From: Arcicella sp.
Lineage (GTDB): Bacteria > Bacteroidota > Bacteroidia > Cytophagales > Spirosomataceae
Assembly (NCBI GenBank): GCA_025354645.1
Contig: JANXML010000158.1
Coordinates: forward strand, 19,316 to 83,315
Length of the DNA: 64,000 bases
Direction of reading: 5' to 3'
In this document: one piece after another, positions 57,219 to 64,000 of the stretch
How the letters are laid out: each line of letters opens with the position of its first letter
How positions within the stretch are numbered: the first letter of the stretch is position 1
Translations under genes and position numbers: made by a program
The notes under the pieces: model-generated
Database searches by the model: none
The model's input: only the letters and a program-made list of their open reading frames with translations
What the model was told of the DNA's origin: nothing

Positions 57219-58739
57219 ATGGATTGTCTTCTTACTATCGACATCAATACATCAGCAGTCAAAATTCACGCATTTGATATGAATGGACGGGTAATTTGCT
57301 GGAAAAAAGGCTCGTACCCAACCTTTCACCCACAACCAGATTACAGCGAACAAGACCCCGAACAAATATTTATAACAACTTTATACATCCTTAAAAATCT
57401 CTTGAATGAGCATATTCATCCGAAAAAATTTAAGGTTAAAGCCATCTGTTTCAGTTCGTCCATGCACAGCGTTCTTCCAGTCGATAAAAGTGGCAATCCG
57501 CTTGGTAATGCCATTATTTGGGCGGATAATCGAGGTGTAAAAGAGGCTGAAATATTGAAGAAATTACCACAACATGAAAGCATTTTTCATACAACGGGAA
57601 CGCCTATTCACCCGATGTCCCCATTAATAAAAATCTCTTGGTTAAAAAATCATGATAAAGAAAGGTTTGCTCAAACCTATAAATTTATTTCCGTTAAAGA
57701 ATACGTGATTAAACAATTAACGGGTGAATATGTAATCGATCACAGTATTGCATCTTCGACAGGGCTTTTTGATATTCATAAACTCAAATGGCATCAAGAA
57801 TCCCTCAATTTTGCAGGAATTTCAACGGAAAATCTATCAGAACCAGTTTCGGTTTTTAATGATGATTTAATGCTAAAAAAAGAATATTGTGTAACCTTAG
57901 GCTTATCTCAGAAAACTAAATTAATTATTGGTTCAAGTGATGGCTGTTTGGCAACTCTGGGAGCAGGAATTATGGGCGAAGGAAAAGCAACCATTACCAT
58001 CGGTTCAAGTGGGGCTGTGAGGGTTGCAGGCAGACAAGTTTTAAGAGACGAAAAGCAACGGTTTTTCAATTATTTGTTAACAGATGGTTACTATATTTCG
58101 GGTGGTCCAACCAACAATGGAGGAGTAGTCTTTGAATGGTTTGCAAGACAATTTGGCGATTTTTCGGAGGGTTTAGAATTTGACGACGTTTTGAATGATT
58201 TGTTTAAAATAGCCTCTCAGGTAAAATTAGGAGCAGATGGACTATTATTTTTGCCTTATTTATTAGGAGAAAGGGCACCACTCTGGAACGCAAATGCTCG
58301 TGGAATGTATTTCGGATTGAATATTAATCACGAACAAAAACATTTTGTGCGAGCAACGTTGGAAGGCATTTTATTTGAAATATACAGCATCGGGAAAATT
58401 CTTGAAACGCATCGAAATTTTGAAGATATTTATATTAATGGTGCCTACGCTTCGTTGCCTTTGTGGACTCAAATACTGGCAGATATGTTCGGCAAAACTG
58501 TTCATATTAACGATAATCATGACAGTGTAGCAATGGGTGCTGCACTTTTAGGACTCACAAAATTAGGAATTTATAGTAATTTGGAAGAAGCAGCAACAAC
58601 GGTAAAATCAATTGAAACTTATTATCCGAACCTCAAAAATCATGATATTTACATGAAATATTTCAAGATTTTTGAAAGGTTAAGTCATAAACTTTCCGAA
58701 GATTTTGAGGAGATTGTCTTATTGCAACAAGGTTTTTAA
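57219..58739 (+). CDS. Second gluconokinase-like FGGY protein with atypical ATP-binding motifs
   Basis: TGTPIHPMSP, TIGSSGAVR, PYLLGERAP conserved. DIGT is DINT and SGG is NGA. Confidence 0.8.
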   Translation: MDCLLTIDINTSAVKIHAFDMNGRVICWKKGSYPTFHPQPDYSEQDPEQIFITTLYILKNLLNEHIHPKKFKVKAICFSSSMHSVLPVDKSGNPLGNAIIWADNRGVKEAEILKKLPQHESIFHTTGTPIHPMSPLIKISWLKNHDKERFAQTYKFISVKEYVIKQLTGEYVIDHSIASSTGLFDIHKLKWHQESLNFAGISTENLSEPVSVFNDDLMLKKEYCVTLGLSQKTKLIIGSSDGCLATLGAGIMGEGKATITIGSSGAVRVAGRQVLRDEKQRFFNYLLTDGYYISGGPTNNGGVVFEWFARQFGDFSEGLEFDDVLNDLFKIASQVKLGADGLLFLPYLLGERAPLWNANARGMYFGLNINHEQKHFVRATLEGILFEIYSIGKILETHRNFEDIYINGAYASLPLWTQILADMFGKTVHINDNHDSVAMGAALLGLTKLGIYSNLEEAATTVKSIETYYPNLKNHDIYMKYFKIFERLSHKLSEDFEEIVLLQQGF

Positions 58740-58787
58740 TGGGTAAAAATTTCAATTAAGTTCTAAATAAACTAATTTATAAAAAAT

Positions 58788-58840
58788 AATGCTAACAAAT
58801 TGTAGAGCGTATTGCACATTCTCTACAATTTGTTAGCATT
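58788..58840. terminator. Perfect 20-bp hairpin between convergent genes
   Basis: AATGCTAACAAATTGTAGAG-N13-CTCTACAATTTGTTAGCATT. Confidence 0.75.
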
Positions 58841-58854
58841 GTTTCAATCCACTT

Positions 58855-59850
58855 TTATTCCTCACTCTTTCCCTTACGAGCCTGCAAGAGACCATTTTTA
58901 ATCAATTCATTATTCTTCCAAATTTTCTTTTCAGATTTTAATTTCACTTTGTCTTCATCGCTAAACGCTTGTAGATCAGACAAATCTGGACAACCCGCAT
59001 CCACCCATGCCGTAAACCAAAAGTCAGCAACCGTTTTGGAAGCATCTAACATTCTTTCGTTAACAGTATTTCCTAATTTTAAAGCATACGCTTTTGCAAA
59101 ATCACCAGTGTAATTCTTACGCATTTGCCCAAATCTTTCCGAACGCTTAAACTTCTTTTCATCCGTAAACCCTTCCGAAGCTGATATTTCATCTGAAAGC
59201 ACTTTTTCTAACATCGTATTCGACTCTCTTATTTTCACCCAGATTACTTCCAAAGGTTTTTTTAAATATTTTGCTTTATGATTTTGATAAAGATTGTAGC
59301 TCTCAATGTTCATTTCAGGAACCGTACTTTCCCAGAGTGAATGCAAACCCCTTTGATTACTCATTTGCCCATCATAATTAACCGTCGTGTGCAAGGGTAC
59401 GTGTGAGTCGGCAATATAATGTCCCAAATCGGCTGAGTAATATAAGATGCTGTCTTTCAACTTATTACGAAAGGCATTTGTAAGTTTTTCCTGCAATTTC
59501 ATAATTTCCCAAGGCACAGTTCCATATTTTCTCAGGGTATCAATGGAATATTTTTTGACGGCTTCATTCCAAGTTTTTGGCATTGAATCTAAGGGGTTTT
59601 TTCCAAAAATAGGTGCATCAATGTCAATAAAATGTTTAGTTGCCTCGGTTGGGTCGTCTTTACGTCGAACGTCTGGTCTAACGGAATTATAGACTAAATA
59701 ATCCACATTTTTAAAGAAAAAAGTTTGAAGTTTTTTCGGAAGGGAATAAATGGCAAGTTGATGAATTGTTTTATGGGCTAAAAAACCCCACGAACAACAA
59801 CTTAACACAACAACTAAGGTCGTGATTTTCAATAAAAGCGGATATCTCAT
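58855..59850 (-). CDS. Zinc-dependent phospholipase C / S1-P1 nuclease family protein
   Basis: Signal, then WGFLAH (W1/H6); HFIDID, HYIADSHVPLH, LHSLWE. Confidence 0.82.
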   Translation of the reverse strand: MRYPLLLKITTLVVVLSCCSWGFLAHKTIHQLAIYSLPKKLQTFFFKNVDYLVYNSVRPDVRRKDDPTEATKHFIDIDAPIFGKNPLDSMPKTWNEAVKKYSIDTLRKYGTVPWEIMKLQEKLTNAFRNKLKDSILYYSADLGHYIADSHVPLHTTVNYDGQMSNQRGLHSLWESTVPEMNIESYNLYQNHKAKYLKKPLEVIWVKIRESNTMLEKVLSDEISASEGFTDEKKFKRSERFGQMRKNYTGDFAKAYALKLGNTVNERMLDASKTVADFWFTAWVDAGCPDLSDLQAFSDEDKVKLKSEKKIWKNNELIKNGLLQARKGKSEE

Positions 59851-60000
59851 ACTAAAATAATAAGGTAATTTTGTTAAGAAAAGGAATATATTAAAAAATT
59901 GAATAATGAATTATCAGTAGAATGCAGTCAAAATAATGCACAATAAACGACCTATGTTTTTAATGACTTATTTAAACCTATTTGACTTTGTAGTTCAATA

Positions 60001-60465
60001 TCAAAAGGTTAGTTCAAAATAAAGCACATCAGAAAGCGGATTATAAACATACGGTTCGGTTTTGACAAAACCTTTTGATTGGTATAGATTAATTGCCTCT
60101 TTTAAGGAAGAAATGGTATCTAATTTCATGGTTTTATAACCTACTTTTTTAGCAAAATCGATTAGTTCTTCCACCAACTTTTTCCCCAAACTTTTGCCTC
60201 TTGCACCAGGACGAACGTACAACCTTTTCATCTCGCAAACCCCTTCTCCAATAGGTTTCAAAGCAATGCACCCTAAAACTTGAGAATGGTCTTTTGCTAA
60301 AATTATGCAACCCATTGGTGGAACATAAACTTGGTGCAAGGTTTCTAACTCTTTCTCGAAATCTTGAAAACTTAAATCAACTTTTAAGAATTCCGCATAT
60401 TCAATAAATATTTCTCTCACCTCTTGCAACTCTACAATCGAATATTTTACGTAATGTAATTGCAT
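60001..60465 (-). CDS. GNAT family acetyltransferase
   Basis: CEMKRLYVRPGARGKSLG, LDT, AINLY...GF. Confidence 0.9.
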   Translation of the reverse strand: MQLHYVKYSIVELQEVREIFIEYAEFLKVDLSFQDFEKELETLHQVYVPPMGCIILAKDHSQVLGCIALKPIGEGVCEMKRLYVRPGARGKSLGKKLVEELIDFAKKVGYKTMKLDTISSLKEAINLYQSKGFVKTEPYVYNPLSDVLYFELTF

Positions 60466-60945
60466 TATGTGATTAATATTTTTTAATAATCAAAGAAGTG
60501 AAAATCATTCAAAAACAAAGAATTACTTTTGAAAATGAAATTACAACAAATATTCCGAACAATCATTTACGACAATAAAATTCATCCCAAGTTTTTAAAC
60601 AATTTGTCGCTCATGGAAAATTCAATATAAACAAAAAAATTTCTTCCGAACATAAAACTATGATTTTTAATTGAGTTAAAATGTGCTGATTAAGAGTTTA
60701 AAATGTATTTTGTCTTAAAAAAGAGTTTCCGAAGAAAGGAAATTTTATAATTTGTCTTTTTCTATAATTATATATAATTCGACATCTTTCGCCAGTTATA
60801 CAAATTTGAAATGTTGAAATATTTAAGTTTATAAATTTTGAAAATACGTTGAAATTGATACAAAAGTGATCGTTTTTTTAATATTTATTGACTCCCATCT
60901 TTCACCTTTTTTACTTTTTCTCTCACTTTTAAACCAAAAATAATC

Positions 60946-60980
60946 TAATTTTGCAGATTCAAAACCTGTCAATCTGACAG
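60946..60980 (+). promoter_or_regulatory. grpE promoter -7 element followed by palindrome CTGTCA-ATC-TGACAG
   Basis: TAATTTTG at 60946-60953; palindrome at 60966-60980. Confidence 0.55.
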
Positions 60981-60991
60981 AAAATCAAGAT

Positions 60992-61594
60992 ATGGCAAAA
61001 CTTTTGAACATCATAGAGAATTATAAAAATAAAGCGAAAAGTGCATTTAAAATGGAAAATAAAGACGAATTGCCAATCGATAGCGAAGAAGTAACACAAA
61101 GTACTGACATTGTTTCAGAAGAAATTGAAACACCAATAGAGGAAGTACCTGAATTGACGGAGGCAGAAAAACTCCAAGCTGAATTGTACGAATTGAAGGA
61201 TAAATATTTAAGACTTTATTCAGATTTTGATAATTTCAGAAAACGTACTGCCAAAGAAAAATTAGAAATGATTCAGTCGGCTTCTGAAAGAGTAATTGTG
61301 GATATAATTCCTGTGATTGACGACATCGAAAGAGCAACTGCAAACGCACAAGAAGGAGAAATTACAGAAGGTATATCTCTGATTTTCAACAAGTTATTCA
61401 ATACGTTGGCAGTAAAAGGTTTAAAAGTGATGGATGCCAAAGGAGCAGTTTTTAATGCTGATTTACATGAAGCCATTACACAATTTCCCGCCCCAACCGA
61501 GGAAGACAAAGGTAAGGTTTTTGATGTAGTTGAAAAAGGATATTTTTTAAATGATAAAGTAATTCGATTTGCAAAAGTCGTAGTCGCTAATTAG
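60992..61594 (+). CDS. grpE: Nucleotide exchange factor GrpE
   Basis: LRLYSDFDNFRKR, IPVIDDIERA, FNADLHEAI, KGY...DKVIRFAKVVV. Start could be the later ATG (MENKDE). Confidence 0.96.
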   Translation: MAKLLNIIENYKNKAKSAFKMENKDELPIDSEEVTQSTDIVSEEIETPIEEVPELTEAEKLQAELYELKDKYLRLYSDFDNFRKRTAKEKLEMIQSASERVIVDIIPVIDDIERATANAQEGEITEGISLIFNKLFNTLAVKGLKVMDAKGAVFNADLHEAITQFPAPTEEDKGKVFDVVEKGYFLNDKVIRFAKVVVAN

Positions 61595-61686
61595 GTTTTA
61601 GGGCTTAGGTTTTAGGGGTTAGTTGTTCAAGTTATTGAATGATTTAACTTTTATCTAAAACCTAATCCCCAACACCTAACCCCTAA
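61591..61686. repeat. Paired inverted heptamer cassette (TTAGGNN / NNCCTAA) between grpE and dnaJ
   Basis: TTAGGTT TTAGGGC TTAGGTT TTAGGGG TTAG ... CTAAAAC CTAATCC CCAACAC CTAACCC CTAA. Confidence 0.85.
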
Positions 61687-61693
61687 TAAAGTT

Positions 61694-62854
61694 ATGGCAA
61701 AAAGAGATTTTTACGAAGTTTTAGAGATTTCTAAATCAGCTTCGGAAGACGAAATAAAGAAGGCTTATCGAAAGATGGCAATTAAGTTTCACCCTGATAA
61801 AAACCCTGGCGATAAAGCCGCAGAGGAAAAATTCAAGGAAGCTGCGGAAGCGTATGAAGTTTTATCGGATGATAAGAAAAAGGCTCAATACGATCGTTTT
61901 GGACATGCTGGCATGGGCGGAGCCGCTGGTGGTGGAGGTTATGGAGGGCAGGGAATGAATATGGAAGATATTTTCAGTCAATTTGGAAATATTTTTGGTG
62001 GTGGCGATGAAAGTCCTTTCGGCAATATGTTTAGTGGCGGTGGTCAGCAACAACGTAGAATGCGAAAAGGAACTGACCTAAGAATCAAACTAAAACTCAA
62101 CTTAGAAGAAGTTGCGAATGGCGTTGAGAAAAAAATCAAAGTTAAACGCCATGTCACCTGTAAAGCCTGCACAGGGAATGGTGCAAAAAATGGAACTGAA
62201 TTAAGCACTTGCCAAACCTGTGGTGGGGCGGGTCAAGTTCGTCGAGTGCAACAAACCATGTTAGGGCAAATGGTTACTACTTCTCCGTGTCCAACTTGTA
62301 ATGGTGAAGGCAAGCAAGTGAAAACACGTTGCGATGTGTGTTTTGGCGAAGGTCGTGTTTTAGAAGAAGAAATCATTCCAATCAAGATTCCAGCGGGTGT
62401 TGCCGATAACATGCAATTGTCGATGTCGGGCAAAGGAAACGTTCCTCCACGTGGTGGTGTTGCGGGAGATTTATTGATAATCATAGAAGAAGAACCAGAT
62501 GAAGTTTTGCACAGAGATGGCACAAACGTAATATTTGACCTTTATTTGAACTTTGCCGATGCTGCCCTGGGAACATCAATTGAAGTGCCAACCATTGGTG
62601 GAAAAGCCCGAATAACGATTGAACCTGGCACACAAGCAGGAAAAATTCTACGTTTGAAAGGCAAAGGAATAAAAGAATTGAATGGTTATGGCGTTGGTGA
62701 TGAATTGATTCATGTGAATTTGTGGACTCCCAAAAATCTCACAAAAGAAGAAACCGATATGTTGGAAAAAATGCGTACTTCGCCAAATTTTGAACCCAAG
62801 CCAAGCAAAACTGATAAAAATTTCTTCGAGAAAATGAAAGATTTTTTTAATTAA
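61694..62854 (+). CDS. dnaJ: Chaperone DnaJ
   Basis: J-domain with HPD, G/F region, four CxxCxGxG repeats. Confidence 0.98.
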   Translation: MAKRDFYEVLEISKSASEDEIKKAYRKMAIKFHPDKNPGDKAAEEKFKEAAEAYEVLSDDKKKAQYDRFGHAGMGGAAGGGGYGGQGMNMEDIFSQFGNIFGGGDESPFGNMFSGGGQQQRRMRKGTDLRIKLKLNLEEVANGVEKKIKVKRHVTCKACTGNGAKNGTELSTCQTCGGAGQVRRVQQTMLGQMVTTSPCPTCNGEGKQVKTRCDVCFGEGRVLEEEIIPIKIPAGVADNMQLSMSGKGNVPPRGGVAGDLLIIIEEEPDEVLHRDGTNVIFDLYLNFADAALGTSIEVPTIGGKARITIEPGTQAGKILRLKGKGIKELNGYGVGDELIHVNLWTPKNLTKEETDMLEKMRTSPNFEPKPSKTDKNFFEKMKDFFN

Positions 62855-62942
62855 ATAACCCTTTAAAAAACATAGATATTATTTATTTAGAGAATTAATA
62901 TTATGATTGAAGTTTCATCTAATTCTATAAGCATTTAATCAT

Positions 62943-62977
62943 AAATGCCCTGAAATTACAATTTGAGGGCATTTTTT
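62943..62977 (+). terminator. Intrinsic terminator after dnaJ
   Basis: AAATGCCCT/AGGGCATTT plus T-tract. Confidence 0.65.
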
Positions 62978-63148
62978 ATGGACTTTTCTTAGAAATGAAA
63001 CTAAACATTTGATTTTTCGTTATGTATTCGGAAAACAATTTTCCAATAATCATCAAATCAATCAACCACTTATTAGTGAGATATAGAACAACTATTAAAA
63101 CAATTGTTCCTAAATCTTTCTATGTGGTTTCAAAATCCATTAACAAAA

Positions 63149-63673
63149 ATGAAAAAATTACTTTTATTGGCAACATTTGCCCTTGGTGCTTTCATGAGCA
63201 ATGCTCAACACGACATGAGTAAAGACAAAGCAAAGATGCCTTCACCTCCAGCCTCTGCTTCGGCAACTGTTTCGAGTGGTGCAAATCTTACAATCAATTA
63301 TTCTCAACCAGCTGTGAAAGGGCGTAATGTATGGGCGGGTGACCTTGCTCCTTACGGGAAAGTATGGCGTACAGGGGCAAATGATGCAACAACTTTCGAT
63401 GTAAGCAAAGATGTAATGATTAACGGGAAAGCCTTAAAAGCTGGCAAATATGCCCTTTTTACTATTCCTGGCGAAAAAGAATGGACAATTATTTTCAATA
63501 AAACGCCAAAACAATGGGGTGCATATAGCTATAAAGAAGCGGATGATGTTTTGCGTGTAACGGCAAAATCAGAAGCAAATGAAATGATGGAGAGATTCAC
63601 GATTAAAGCTGAAAATTCAGGCATGGTAATGATGATGTGGGATAAAGTGAAAGTTGGTTTTATGGTTAAGTAA
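63149..63673 (+). CDS. DUF2911 family secreted protein
   Basis: Signal peptide from ATG 63149; PSPPA, YSQP.VKGR, PYGKVWRTGAN, AGKYALFTIP, WTIIFN. Confidence 0.88.
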   Translation: MKKLLLLATFALGAFMSNAQHDMSKDKAKMPSPPASASATVSSGANLTINYSQPAVKGRNVWAGDLAPYGKVWRTGANDATTFDVSKDVMINGKALKAGKYALFTIPGEKEWTIIFNKTPKQWGAYSYKEADDVLRVTAKSEANEMMERFTIKAENSGMVMMMWDKVKVGFMVK

Positions 63674-63692
63674 TTAATTGGTTATTCTTCAC

Positions 63693-63730
63693 AAAAAGGG
63701 TCGTTTGATTAAATCAAGCGACCCTTTTTT
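63693..63730 (+). terminator. Intrinsic terminator
   Basis: AAAAAGGGTCG..TTGATT/AATCAA..CGACCCTTTTTT. Confidence 0.8.
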
Positions 63731-63856
63731 GTGTATTATTTTAATTAATATTGGGTTTTAATGAATGTTTTTCTACTTTTGAACATCAATTAAAATTTTG
63801 AAGTAATAAAAAAACATTTTATATTTCTTCATTTGTTATATTTAAAAACTACTGGT

Positions 63857-64000
63857 TTGAAATATTTTTATTCTGTTTTTACAACTCAACAAAATAATAG
63901 AGTTTTCGGTCTCGATTTATTAAGAGCAATTGCTATTTTACTTGTATTATTTATTCATGGATTTGATCCTTTTTTGGCTGAATACTTTCCGAATCTCCGA
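63857..64000 (+). CDS. Acyltransferase family 3 (OafA-like) protein, N-terminus only (runs off window end)
   Basis: Not in ORF track. Read by hand from a TTG: ...NNRVFGLDLLRAIAILLVLFIHG, matching the family's R..GLD.LR..A...V...H start. Confidence 0.75.
   Translation, partial: MKYFYSVFTTQQNNRVFGLDLLRAIAILLVLFIHGFDPFLAEYFPNLR

Overview
64 kb of a low-GC Bacteroidota chromosome. Gene content (putative porin-lpxK, SusC/SusD, T9SS cargo, TAnnTTTG promoters) points to Cytophagales; an Arcicella/Emticicia-like organism is inference only. Most of it is housekeeping: miaE, lpxK, menC, hemF, PBP1A, msrB, tRNA-Ser(TGA), rsmI, fumC, corA, yebC, truA, mutS, grpE, dnaJ. No rRNA, CRISPR array, transposase, integrase or phage gene was seen. 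Points of interest: (1) A dispersed set of 'paired short-unit repeat cassettes'. Each is two inverted arms built from tandem 7-, 8- or 9-mers, with a different unit at each site, mostly lying between co-directional genes. Two such arrays have been recruited in frame into MutS as part of an insertion of up to ~86 aa. (2) A haloperoxidase/PAP2-type lipoprotein with an internally duplicated fold whose N-terminal site looks dead, in an operon with two outer-membrane barrels, opposite an XRE regulator with three TTCC-N8-GGAA operators. (3) A CAZyme-free SusC/SusD locus joined to a Bacillus-type gluconate pathway, with an AraC regulator and a second FGGY kinase whose ATP-binding motifs are altered. 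(4) A signal-peptide-bearing zinc deaminase, an 8-heptad N@d coiled-coil protein, a T9SS double SGNH esterase, a di-heme cytochrome plus IorAB-type Mo enzyme, and several REP-like elements. All product calls come from motif recognition by eye; no database search was run.
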